DNA of 64,000 bases from Clostridia bacterium. Lineage in GTDB: Bacteria > Bacillota > Clostridia > Christensenellales > CAG-314. The stretch covers positions 53,700-117,699 of the forward strand of contig JAFTHP010000044.1 in NCBI GenBank assembly GCA_017457305.1, given 5' to 3'. The notes under the pieces were generated by a model that saw only the letters and a program-made list of their open reading frames with translations, was not told where the DNA came from and did no database searches. The first letter of the stretch is position 1. Each line of letters begins with the position of its first letter. Positions 29,234-38,733 of this stretch are shown one piece after another. The position numbers and the translations under genes were made by a program.

Positions 29234-31504
29234 TTAATCGTCCACGAATAGCTCATCAAATGGCAACGGCTTAATACTGATGCCATAAACGAAACTACCT
29301 TTATTAGTTTTATGCCTACGGAAACCTGCTAAATCGAGTGCCGCATAAAAGTCCGTAGTGCTCCTAGCATATTCGCCGTTGCTAAGGCAATAATCACGGT
29401 AAGTTTTATACAGCTCACCGCTAGGTGCTTTATCGCTGGGAGTCTTATTGCAGCAATCGTCAAGGAAATGATTTAGCCAATGGTTGTTTTCTTTGTAGGT
29501 ATCCATAGCCTCTTGGACGCATTTAGGTGGGGTAAGCATGTATTTTTCTCGGATAATCATTTCTGCACCTTCAATAATCCATTTAAGACACGCACCGCCA
29601 CAATGCTTGAAAAGATAATCGGCATAGTTTTTTATGTCCTTCGCCCCCTCAATTTTTGCCTTAAATGGAATGACTATCAACCTGCGCCAAATGCCATCAT
29701 CGGTTGCGCCTACTTTGGGTAGGTGGTTTGTGTAAAGGACAAGCGTATGGCTGGGTTGGAACTTAAACGGTGCTTTATATTTCTTTTCTGCGTAAATATC
29801 GTCCGTAGACGCAAGCTGCTTGACGGTTGAGGTATTGAGCCTTTGACCTTCCTCAAGCTCTGCCGCAATCAATAGGCGTTTTCCTTTGGTTTCTGCTAGC
29901 TCAGGCTTGACATTTCGTTTGCAACCCACGGTTAAGGTATCCGCCGAGATTGCGCCGCTATATGTACCTAGTACCCGTGATATTAGATTCCAAAAGGTAG
30001 ATTTGCCGTTTCTGCCGTCTCCATAGGCAATAATGATGGCTTCGTGATAAACCTTGCCGATTGCAGCCAACCCCACAATGCGTTGAACATAATCGATAAG
30101 CTCGGTGTTACCTGAAAAGGTGGTATTAAGGGTTTCTTGCCATAATTCTTCGCCTTCGTCACTTGGGGATACGCTTGTAATTTTTGTAATAAAATCGTCT
30201 TGATTATGTTTTGCCCCGCCTAGCATACCTAACCTCAAATCGTATGTGGCATTAGGGGTATTCAGTAAGAAAGGATTGGCATCTAGCTCGTTGGGGTTTA
30301 TAAGGAGCATAGGTCTTACCTCTCGTAGCGTTGATGTGATATTTTTTGACTCTCGTCTTTTCATAACGAATGACAAATATGCCTTTGCCGCCTGATATTC
30401 TTGATACGCCTCGGTTTGCTCATCATTGAAAATATCCTGCGCCTTATTTGCTGATGTAGTTGCGAGTATTGTTTCCGCACCTGTATTACTAAGCCGTTCT
30501 CTAGTTTCCTTAACCCTTCGCTCGGCATCGACAAGTTGCCTGAAAGTTAAGCGTTGAGCCAAGCCTTGAGCATGGGGATTGGATTCCTCCCATATCTTGC
30601 CCGTGAAAACAAGGAAGTTCGTAGCCTCGGCATAGCGTAAAATGTGTTCGTACTCTCGTTTCAAAAGGGTGGCTTGTCCTACGTCCGTGAAATCGTCAGG
30701 CTCAAGGGATTGCTCGCTATTATAGTCTTTCGGTGGGATATAATCGGGTGACAGTGATACCTTCCTAAAAAAGTTCTGCGCACTCCGCCAAATGGTATGC
30801 AATTCCTGCACTGACAATGGTGGTACGCAGGTATCGGCTTTCTTCATAAATTCTTGGAAGGCGATATCCGTATCCCCATACCGTTTGATGATTTTGCCTG
30901 CGTATTTAGAGAGCGTGGAATTCCGCTTGCCTTCGGGGATAATTTCCTCAATGGGTTGAGAAAGCTCTATTGTAGACTCCTTATCCCATAGAAACTCCGA
31001 TAAAAGCGTGTTGCCATCGAAGATTTCTACTTGGGGATTTTCCGTACCAAAGAAGAACCTGCCTGCGTCCAAAGCATTTTTATCGACATAGGGATAAATG
31101 CTATAAACCTGCTCTTTTAGCCTACGGCACTCGTCTGCGTTTGTGATTTCCGACGTTTGAAACAAAATATGAAATTTCGGTCTTGCTGCCTTGTTGCCTT
31201 TTTCTTTCATATGATTGCGAGAATAATGCACTAAAAACGGCACACCCTTAAAAAACTCGGCTACCTTTTTAGGGGTTATCCACTCGCCGGGGTTATCCGT
31301 GTGGTCATTATCGATATCAAAAGGTAAGCAATTCGTAGCGATAAAATTGTTGATGTTGCGATAGTTATTTTTATACCTGGCGCATACATAATCGGTTGAT
31401 AAGGCTGTGCGGGCGGTCTCAATATCCGTTATCGTATCCTCATAGGGATACGAGCAGTTTTTAGGGTTGTTTGTTGTGTTTGAGGAAAATATAGTCAAGT
31501 TCAT
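29234..31504 (-). CDS. Primase / P4-D5-type SF3 helicase (phage/plasmid primase family)
   Basis: 756 aa. N-terminal primase-like region (LPFDIDNDH...PKFHILF); C-terminal Walker A YGDGRNGKSTF and the conserved ...LYTNHLPKVGATDDGIWRRLIVIPF block. Confidence 0.8.
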   Translation of the reverse strand: MNLTIFSSNTTNNPKNCSYPYEDTITDIETARTALSTDYVCARYKNNYRNINNFIATNCLPFDIDNDHTDNPGEWITPKKVAEFFKGVPFLVHYSRNHMKEKGNKAARPKFHILFQTSEITNADECRRLKEQVYSIYPYVDKNALDAGRFFFGTENPQVEIFDGNTLLSEFLWDKESTIELSQPIEEIIPEGKRNSTLSKYAGKIIKRYGDTDIAFQEFMKKADTCVPPLSVQELHTIWRSAQNFFRKVSLSPDYIPPKDYNSEQSLEPDDFTDVGQATLLKREYEHILRYAEATNFLVFTGKIWEESNPHAQGLAQRLTFRQLVDAERRVKETRERLSNTGAETILATTSANKAQDIFNDEQTEAYQEYQAAKAYLSFVMKRRESKNITSTLREVRPMLLINPNELDANPFLLNTPNATYDLRLGMLGGAKHNQDDFITKITSVSPSDEGEELWQETLNTTFSGNTELIDYVQRIVGLAAIGKVYHEAIIIAYGDGRNGKSTFWNLISRVLGTYSGAISADTLTVGCKRNVKPELAETKGKRLLIAAELEEGQRLNTSTVKQLASTDDIYAEKKYKAPFKFQPSHTLVLYTNHLPKVGATDDGIWRRLIVIPFKAKIEGAKDIKNYADYLFKHCGGACLKWIIEGAEMIIREKYMLTPPKCVQEAMDTYKENNHWLNHFLDDCCNKTPSDKAPSGELYKTYRDYCLSNGEYARSTTDFYAALDLAGFRRHKTNKGSFVYGISIKPLPFDELFVDD

Positions 31505-31807
31505 AAATCGTGCTCCTTTCGTTGTTTTTTCTTGTCCTCTCGTTATACGGAGAAAAGTCGAGGTGTTTTCAAGGGGTGTTTTTGAAAAAAAGTTGAAAAA
31601 ATTTTATTTTTTTCGTCACGACCATCACCTTTATAGGCAAAATAAAGAATATGCGTATTGACAAAATAAAAAAATCCCCTGAATACAGGGGAAAAGATAC
31701 GAAAGTTATCAATTAATAACTGGATATAAATTTCGTTTTATGGTAATGTGTCAAGTACAAAAAATGCATGTTTTTGGGTAAAATTATATAAAAAAGGAGT
31801 TTTACTT

Positions 31808-32740
31808 ATGAAAACAACAGAATTGTTATTTGAATGGCTTGAAAATTACGAAAAAGACCGAGTGAAGCCTCGTACCTATAGCCGATACCGAAGTCTGATA
31901 GACCTTCATCTAGTACCTGCGCTGGGGGATATTGATATAGAAAATCTTTCCAGACGCCAAATACAAGAATTTTTATCGCAAAAGAAAAAAGACGGTAACA
32001 TGCGTAGTGGCGAAACAATGTCCTCTGCCAGCACTAACTTGATGCTTACCGTCTTAAATATGGCTTTTGAATATGGTGTGGATATGGAAATTTGCGATAA
32101 TAATCCATGTCTGCGCTTAAAACGCTGCCCCGATGATTGTCGTAAGGTAGAGGCTTTTACCATTGAGGAGCAACGCAAAATTGAGTGCTATATTGAGTCT
32201 AGCGAGGACAGACGCCTCTTTGGTATTATTTTAGGGCTATATTCAGGCTTACGCATAGGTGAACTTATAGGCTTGGAGTGGGATGATATAGACCTTGAAA
32301 AAGGCATTATAAAAATAGATAAAACCGTGTATCGAGACAAAGACGATGACGGCACTTGGCAAGTATGCGTAGACAAGCCTAAAACAAAATCGTCAGAGCG
32401 CATAATTCCGTTACCATCCTATATTGTGGAACAGTTAATAGAATATAAGACTTCGGCAAGGAGCAATTTTGTTGTAGAAAATAAAAAAGGCGAACGGATG
32501 TCCATTCGCTCATACCAATTTATGTTTGAAAGATTAACCGAAAAGGCGGGGGTGCGTAAACTTAACTTCCACGCCTTGCGCCATACATTTGCTACTCGTG
32601 CTATCGAGTGTGGTATGGATATTAAAACGCTATCTGAAATTATGGGGCATAAAAATGCATCGGTTACGCTCAATCGTTATGCTCACAGTATGATGGATAC
32701 GAAAATAGCCATGATGAATAGGCTGCAACGTGTTTTTTAG
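31808..32740 (+). CDS. Tyrosine recombinase / site-specific integrase
   Basis: 311 aa from ATG 31808 (AAGGAG SD). SAM-like N-terminal domain; catalytic region SGLRIGELIGLEW...HALRHTFATRAI...GHKNASVTLNRYAH (R..HxxR..H..Y). Confidence 0.9.
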   Translation: MKTTELLFEWLENYEKDRVKPRTYSRYRSLIDLHLVPALGDIDIENLSRRQIQEFLSQKKKDGNMRSGETMSSASTNLMLTVLNMAFEYGVDMEICDNNPCLRLKRCPDDCRKVEAFTIEEQRKIECYIESSEDRRLFGIILGLYSGLRIGELIGLEWDDIDLEKGIIKIDKTVYRDKDDDGTWQVCVDKPKTKSSERIIPLPSYIVEQLIEYKTSARSNFVVENKKGERMSIRSYQFMFERLTEKAGVRKLNFHALRHTFATRAIECGMDIKTLSEIMGHKNASVTLNRYAHSMMDTKIAMMNRLQRVF

Positions 32741-32755
32741 CGCAAAACTGCATTG

Positions 32756-32779
32756 ATTATAACATTCGATGCAGTAAAA
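32756..32779. repeat. Left arm of an imperfect inverted repeat flanking the promoter of the restriction-like operon
   Basis: ATTATAACATTCG (32756-32768) is the reverse complement, 12 of 13 nt, of 32922-32934. Weaker similarity continues inward for about 10 nt. Confidence 0.5.
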
Positions 32780-32865
32780 CCGTAAAAAAGGGCAAAAAAA
32801 TAGGCATAAACTCAAAAAACTTTGAATTCATGCCTTTATTTGTGGCTTTCTACAGGACATTGGGG

Positions 32866-32894
32866 TTGCAAAATCCGATAAAAAGTGATATAAT
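32866..32894 (+). promoter_or_regulatory. Sigma-70-type promoter facing the restriction-like operon
   Basis: TTGCAA (32866-32871), 17-nt spacer, TATAAT (32889-32894). A second TATAAT lies at 32902-32907. Confidence 0.6.
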
Positions 32895-32910
32895 TAATGA
32901 GTATAATGAA

Positions 32911-32934
32911 ATTTTATGTACCGAATGTTATATT
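32911..32934. repeat. Right arm of the imperfect inverted repeat
   Basis: CGAATGTTATATT (32922-32934). Also part of a local hairpin CCGAAT-gttat-ATTCGG. Confidence 0.5.
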
Positions 32935-32954
32935 CGGCGCAGGGAAGGTATCCT

Positions 32955-33953
32955 ATGGCTGACATCATAACAAAAGATATAGATATTTTGGAAGACGGGT
33001 TGCTTTATTGTTACCCTGATATTCTAAAAATTCTGTTAAAAGATAAAACCACTGGTAAAAACATTTTGTGGGCAACAAAAGATTATGAACGCAATGGCGA
33101 AGGCTTTGAAGAATACGCAGAAATACAAATGTACTGCATTACAGGGCTTTTCGCAACGGAAATCCAACCCCGCGCAACAAAACCAAAAGAAATACAAACG
33201 ATGCGTATTAAGACAAAAGCGGAAGTTTTTACCCCTTGTTGGATTTGCAATGAACAAAACAACTTGATTGATGATGCTTGGTTTGGTCGCAAAAATGTCT
33301 TTAATACCCCTTACGGACAATCATGGGTAACGACATCAGACCCTATTGTCTTTGATGATACAAGAACATGGAAACAATATGTGGACTCAAAAAGGCTAGA
33401 AATAACCTGTGGTGAGGCTCCGTATTTAGTCAGCCGTTATGACGCAGCGTCAGGCGCCTACTTACCTGTGTTGCAAAGAATCGGATTGCTGGATAGGAAA
33501 CTGCGTGTCGTATGTGAAAATTGCAACGATGAAAACGAATGGTACAAATGGGCAATTCGTGCCTTCCAAAGCGTATACGGATACGAGTTTCAGGGGGATA
33601 GCCTATTAATCGCCAGAGAAAACCTTTTTTATACCTTCATTGATTATTACAAATATAAGTTTGGCACAGCGCCGTCTTTAGACAAATTAAAAAAGATAGC
33701 CAATATTATCAGCTGGAATATTTGGCAAATGGACGGATTGACTTGTACTGTTCCATATTCTTGCCATTCCGTTGAGGTGCGAGATAGACAGGCATCGTTA
33801 TTTGATGACGGCACTGTGGAGTGCAAACCTTGTCCTGGCTGTGAAAAAAACGATATGTTTTCCCATAACGGGATTTATTGCAAAATCAAAGATTGGAGAG
33901 ATAATTCGCCTTTACTATACGTCTCAATACTTCAAAGGAGGAAAAGCAAATGA
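32955..33953 (+). CDS. Methyltransferase-like protein lacking a recognisable NPPY/DPPY motif (partner of the fusion enzyme)
   Basis: ORF-track numbering: motif-X-like AEVFTP (aa 102-107), motif-I-like LEITCGEAPYL (161-171), motif II/III-like YGYEFQGDSLLIARENL (221-237), C-terminal Cys cluster CKPCPGC. No (D/N/S)PP(Y/F/W) seen. Start probably ATG 32955 (MADII...). Stop overlaps the next start (ATGA). Confidence 0.55.
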   Translation: MADIITKDIDILEDGLLYCYPDILKILLKDKTTGKNILWATKDYERNGEGFEEYAEIQMYCITGLFATEIQPRATKPKEIQTMRIKTKAEVFTPCWICNEQNNLIDDAWFGRKNVFNTPYGQSWVTTSDPIVFDDTRTWKQYVDSKRLEITCGEAPYLVSRYDAASGAYLPVLQRIGLLDRKLRVVCENCNDENEWYKWAIRAFQSVYGYEFQGDSLLIARENLFYTFIDYYKYKFGTAPSLDKLKKIANIISWNIWQMDGLTCTVPYSCHSVEVRDRQASLFDDGTVECKPCPGCEKNDMFSHNGIYCKIKDWRDNSPLLYVSILQRRKSK

Positions 33954-36900
33954 TGCTCTATAAGCCTACTGCAAATTATAAGCTTATTTATGTATATACC
34001 ATACATGACGAAAAGCATAACGGCAAACTAAAAGTCGGTACTGCAAGTCTATCATCAATCAAAAGTGAAAAGCAATTACCTCCTAATTGCCCCGAGCTGT
34101 TAGCTGCGGCAAAGCGTAGAATTGATGAGCAAACAAAAACGGCAATGGTAGATTATGAAATTCTACATACGGAATTGTCTATTCGCCATATAACTTTGGC
34201 TGATGGAACAGATCATGCCGCCATTTTTGAAGACCACGATATTCACGAAGTTTTGAAAGAGTCTGGGTATGCCCCTCTTGTATTTAGGGATAGCGGCAAG
34301 GACAGTGAGTGGTTTACTCTTACGCTGGATGTAATATTGGATGCTATTAATGCTTATAAAATGGGTTATAGCATGATACCTCCTAAATCGGTTACCACTC
34401 CTGTTAGTGCAGGACAATCCCCCAAAAGTAAAACAAAAATTAAGTTAAGAACGGAACAGGCTGATAACATCGCAAAGACCATTAGCATTTTCAAAAATAA
34501 TGATACTATGCTTTGGGATTGTAAAATGCGTTATGGTAAAACGGTTACTGCATACGAACTCGTCAGACAAATGGGGTTAAAGCGTGTTATTGTTGTAACG
34601 CATAGACCAGCCGTTGAAGATAGCTGGGATACCGACCACGATTTAATTTTTGAAGGTACAAATCATAGATTTATTGATAAAACCAAAGATGCCCTTGACG
34701 GCTATGATGAAATAAAAGATTCTAAAAACGATAAGATTTTGTCAGACCTTATCCGTTTTGACACGCCTTTTATTTATTTTGCCTCTATGCAGGATTTGCG
34801 CGGTTCTACTCGTGTCGGTGGTAATTACAATAAAAATAATGGCGTTTTCGATTTAGACTGGGAAATGATTATCATTGACGAGGCACACGAAGGCGTACAA
34901 ACCGACTTGGGTGAGGCGGTAATCGCAGAACTGCGAAAGAAAGGCACTAAAATTTTATCTTTAACAGGCACTGCGTATGGTCTTCGCAAGGATTATGGAG
35001 ACAATGTGTTTACCTGGACTTATGTTGATGAGCAAAGAGCTAAGCAACAATGGGCAGAGTTACACCCGAACGAGAAAAATCCGTATGCTGACCTGCCTAC
35101 GATGAATATCCTAACCTTTGACTTGGGTGATGCCATAGAAAATTCCTATCGTTACGTAACCGAGGACTCCGCCTTTAACTTTAGAGAATTTTTCCGCACT
35201 TGGACGGGAGATATCGAAACCGACTTCTATCCCGTGCCCGCAGATAAGTCCATTGGTGATTTCGTCCATGAAGATGCAGTATGGTCTTTCTTAAACCTTA
35301 TTACTTCAGACAACGAAAGCACAAACTATCCATTTTCAAAACCTGAGTATGTGGATATGTTTAAGCACACCTTTTGGATTGTCCCCGGTGTAAAAGAGGC
35401 GCATGCACTCCGCGAATTGTTGAGAGCGCATCCATTTTTCAAAAAATACCGAATTGTTGACGTCGCAGGTGATGGTGACCAGGAAGAACGCTATGACCTG
35501 GCTTTAAGTAAGGTTAGAAAGGCAATTAAAGAAAACGATAAAACAATTACCATTTCGTGCGGAAGGTTGACAACGGGCATCACCGTCAAAGAATGGACGG
35601 CTGTTATGATGCTTTCGGGTTCTTCCAAAACATCCGTAAATGGTTATATGCAGGCTATTTTCAGAGTGCAATCGCCCGGTGTTATAGATGGTAAGCAAAA
35701 AGAAAATTGCTATGTTTTCGATTTTGCACCCGATAGAGCTTTGCAGGTTATTGCCGACGTACATAAACTCTCGTCTAGGAGCAAAAAAGGCGAAGAAGGC
35801 GAAAGACAAGCATTGGGTGAATTTTTGAATTTCTGCCCTGTTATCGCAGTAGAAGGAACGGAAATGCATTATTATGACGTTCCCGATTTAATGCGCCAAA
35901 TCAAGCGTATTTCCGTTGAAAGTGCCATTAATAGCGGTTTTGACGATAATACCATTTATCTTTCCGATGCAGGACTCTCACGCTCTGATTACGATTTGGA
36001 GATTTTGAGAAGGCTTAGCGATGTTGTCGCACCGAAAAAGAAAGGCAACAAAGATAAATCGGTTGAAATTGCTGGCAACGGTCTTACTAATGAAGAACGC
36101 AAAAAAATTGAGCGCGCCAAGAAGAAACCTAAGCGTGAACTGACGGATGAAGAAAAAGCCCTGCTTGAAAAAGAACGTGCCGAGAAGAAAGAACAACAAA
36201 AATTGTTTGATTTGCTCCGTGCCGTTTCTATCCGTTTGCCATTGCTCTTCTACGGGGCGGATGCCGATATTACCGAAATAATAAAGCTAAAGGATTTTGT
36301 AGACATTGTCGATGATGAATCTTGGGAAGAATTTATGCCCAAAGGCTTACGCAAGGAGCTTTTCCTCGATATTTCAAGATATTATGATGAGGACGTTCTT
36401 GTAGGCGCAGGCTTGCGTATTAGAAAACTTGCAAAAGCAGCCGATGAATATCCGCCTACTGTAAGAGCGACTAAAATTGTAGAAATTTTAAGCAAATTCA
36501 AAAATCCCGACAAGGAAACCGTTTTGACACCATGGCGTGTTGTAAATATGCATATGTCAGAAACTCTCGGTGGATATTGTTTCTTTGATGATGCTTTTGT
36601 TAAAGAAATTGAGGAGCCGAGGTTTGTTGAGCACGGTGATATAACCGCCGATATATTGCTTAATACCGACGTGCGTATTTTAGAACTCAATTCTAAATCA
36701 GGCTTGTATCCTTTGTATATGGCATATAGCATATACAATTTCCTGTTAAGCGGGTCAGAAATAAGCCACTCCTTTGAGGATTTGCAAAAATTGTGGGAAT
36801 CCGTATTAAATGATAATATTTTCGTGCTCTGCAAAACCAAAATGGCTCGTAGCATCACAATTAGGACGCTTGCAGGCTACACGGGAATGAAGGTCAATGC

Positions 36901-38035
36901 CATTTACCTGACTAAACTTTTGGAAAGAATGGAAGACAGAGATAGATTGGCTCGCAAATTAACAAACCCCGAAACATGGGGAAAGGTAGGTGAAAGAATG
37001 AAGTTTGATGCAGTTGTAGGAAATCCGCCATATCAAGGCAATAACCATCAGCAAATTTATCCAAACTTTTACTTAACGGCTATAAAGGCTGGAAAATATG
37101 CGACCTTGATTTTCCCCACAGGATGGCAACAACCTAAAAATGCTAATAATTTAAGCAAATTAAATAATGAGGAAGTCAAGGCTGATAGACAAATTGTTTT
37201 TATCGATAATAAGCAAAATGTCTTCCCTGGTATTACTGGTGCTGAATGGGTAAATATTATTCTTTGGCAAAATGGGTATGATAACGGCTTGGGTGGCAGC
37301 CAAATGATTTATACTAATGGGGTGGAGCCTGTTGTTAAAGCATTGTTATGGAATAAGGAAGAAATCGAAAAACCAACCCCAATTATTGCATTAGAAACTT
37401 TGGTTCTTGAAACTGATGGCTTTGAACCGTTATCTAATTACACATCTTCTTTAAAACCATATGGGTTAAGGACGGATTTCCTAGATAATCCGCAAAAATA
37501 TAATTTACCAGACGTTCAAACTAGCAAGGAAAAAATGTCGGATATTGTATTATATGGTCTTGAAAATAGAAAACAAGTTGTTAGATATTTACCGTTTGAT
37601 TATCCTTTGCCTAAAAAGACACTAGCATTCAATTGTTATAAGGTATTTGTAGGAAAGGCTTGGGGCAATTTTTCTGCAGGATATTTAGGAGGAGCGTATG
37701 CAGATATCATTGTAGCTGCACCTAATGAAATTTGTACCGAGAACTTTTTAGAAAGTGGATTCTTTGCCGATGTAGAAAAAGCAAAAAAACACGCTAAATA
37801 TCTTATGACGCGCTTTGTAAGAGCTTTGTTATTTGCTAAGAAAAACTCTCAAGATAATTCAAAAGAAAAATGGATATCTGTCCCTGTGCAAGATTATTCA
37901 GAAGATTGGTGGGATTTATCCATCGATGAAATTGAAGAGCATCTTTTTGACAAGTATTCTATTCCAGAGGATGTTAGAATTTTTGTAAGAGAAAATATCC
38001 AAAAACGTGATGAAAGTAATATAAGAAACATTTAG
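33950..38035 (+). CDS. Fusion protein: T5orf172/GIY-YIG-like nuclease domain - SF2 (DEAH) helicase - gamma-class N6-adenine DNA methyltransferase with C-terminal recognition-like domain
   Basis: 1361 aa. aa 10-130: IYVYT..KLKVGTAS..KRRIDEQ..SEWF (T5orf172/GIY-YIG-like). Walker A MRYGKT (193-198), IIIDEAHEG (307-315), LSLTGTA (336-342), motif VI QAIFRVQSP (568-576). Lys/Glu-rich linker (695-750). MTase motif X TVLTPWRVVNMH (857-868), motif I-like ILELNSKSGLYPL (910-922), motif IV VVGNPPYQ (1022-1029). AAAGGAGG SD. Confidence 0.8.
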   Translation: MMLYKPTANYKLIYVYTIHDEKHNGKLKVGTASLSSIKSEKQLPPNCPELLAAAKRRIDEQTKTAMVDYEILHTELSIRHITLADGTDHAAIFEDHDIHEVLKESGYAPLVFRDSGKDSEWFTLTLDVILDAINAYKMGYSMIPPKSVTTPVSAGQSPKSKTKIKLRTEQADNIAKTISIFKNNDTMLWDCKMRYGKTVTAYELVRQMGLKRVIVVTHRPAVEDSWDTDHDLIFEGTNHRFIDKTKDALDGYDEIKDSKNDKILSDLIRFDTPFIYFASMQDLRGSTRVGGNYNKNNGVFDLDWEMIIIDEAHEGVQTDLGEAVIAELRKKGTKILSLTGTAYGLRKDYGDNVFTWTYVDEQRAKQQWAELHPNEKNPYADLPTMNILTFDLGDAIENSYRYVTEDSAFNFREFFRTWTGDIETDFYPVPADKSIGDFVHEDAVWSFLNLITSDNESTNYPFSKPEYVDMFKHTFWIVPGVKEAHALRELLRAHPFFKKYRIVDVAGDGDQEERYDLALSKVRKAIKENDKTITISCGRLTTGITVKEWTAVMMLSGSSKTSVNGYMQAIFRVQSPGVIDGKQKENCYVFDFAPDRALQVIADVHKLSSRSKKGEEGERQALGEFLNFCPVIAVEGTEMHYYDVPDLMRQIKRISVESAINSGFDDNTIYLSDAGLSRSDYDLEILRRLSDVVAPKKKGNKDKSVEIAGNGLTNEERKKIERAKKKPKRELTDEEKALLEKERAEKKEQQKLFDLLRAVSIRLPLLFYGADADITEIIKLKDFVDIVDDESWEEFMPKGLRKELFLDISRYYDEDVLVGAGLRIRKLAKAADEYPPTVRATKIVEILSKFKNPDKETVLTPWRVVNMHMSETLGGYCFFDDAFVKEIEEPRFVEHGDITADILLNTDVRILELNSKSGLYPLYMAYSIYNFLLSGSEISHSFEDLQKLWESVLNDNIFVLCKTKMARSITIRTLAGYTGMKVNAIYLTKLLERMEDRDRLARKLTNPETWGKVGERMKFDAVVGNPPYQGNNHQQIYPNFYLTAIKAGKYATLIFPTGWQQPKNANNLSKLNNEEVKADRQIVFIDNKQNVFPGITGAEWVNIILWQNGYDNGLGGSQMIYTNGVEPVVKALLWNKEEIEKPTPIIALETLVLETDGFEPLSNYTSSLKPYGLRTDFLDNPQKYNLPDVQTSKEKMSDIVLYGLENRKQVVRYLPFDYPLPKKTLAFNCYKVFVGKAWGNFSAGYLGGAYADIIVAAPNEICTENFLESGFFADVEKAKKHAKYLMTRFVRALLFAKKNSQDNSKEKWISVPVQDYSEDWWDLSIDEIEEHLFDKYSIPEDVRIFVRENIQKRDESNIRNI

Positions 38036-38063
38036 TATTGAAAAAAAGTCGATAAAACCCAAA

Positions 38064-38103
38064 GCCACACCTGTGAGCCTTAAAACTCTAGGTGTGGTTT
38101 TTT
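38064..38103 (+). terminator. Terminator after the fusion gene
   Basis: CCACACCT (38065-38072) / AGGTGTGG (38090-38097), then T-run. A diverged copy lies at 38747-38790. Confidence 0.7.
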
Positions 38104-38109
38104 CAAAAA

Positions 38110-38118
38110 TGGTATAAT
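38110..38118 (+). promoter_or_regulatory. Extended -10 promoter element
   Basis: TGGTATAAT (TGnTATAAT), about 30 nt upstream of ATG 38149. Confidence 0.5.
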
Positions 38119-38148
38119 GGTAGTGAAATTATTATATTGGAGGGGCAA

Positions 38149-38733
38149 ATGTTATCTAAAAATCAAAAAGACGAAATTATAAAAATGTATGCCGAGCTTA
38201 TTTCTACGCAAGACAGCGGGTATGAAAGGCTGAAAGCCCTAGAAAAACTGCGAGATTCCTTTGCCTCTTTAATACCTGATTGGAGTAAATTAATATCAGA
38301 GTATGCAATACAACACGGTCTTACAAGCGTATTATCAACGATTGCATTGTTAGAAAGTAAACCTGAGGATAAGCCCGAAGAAGCGCAAAGAGATATCATA
38401 GACGCAGGTGTTGCCCGAAAATGCAAATACGGCTTTTACACAACAAAAACGGACGAGCAAATCGATGCCGACATACAAGACCTAAATAATCGCATAATTT
38501 CTTATACAACAATAATGACTGTGGTAGATGAAATGTACGACAGAGAAATAATTACGCTTGAAGATTATTACAAGGCACAGGAATTAATGGGCGACAAATA
38601 TGGTATAACGCAAAAAAGTCTATTTTGGTGGAACGGCCCGCGCAAAATCGAACATAAGCCACGCAAACCATTAAAACCCGCTAGACCTTACATAAAACGA
38701 GATACGGAATATTGGGATAAATATAAAAAGTAA
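38149..38733 (+). CDS. Hypothetical protein, last gene of the element
   Basis: 195 aa from ATG 38149 (GGAGGGG SD). Basic, proline-rich C-terminus HKPRKPLKPARPYIKRD. No family recognised. Confidence 0.55.
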   Translation: MLSKNQKDEIIKMYAELISTQDSGYERLKALEKLRDSFASLIPDWSKLISEYAIQHGLTSVLSTIALLESKPEDKPEEAQRDIIDAGVARKCKYGFYTTKTDEQIDADIQDLNNRIISYTTIMTVVDEMYDREIITLEDYYKAQELMGDKYGITQKSLFWWNGPRKIEHKPRKPLKPARPYIKRDTEYWDKYKK

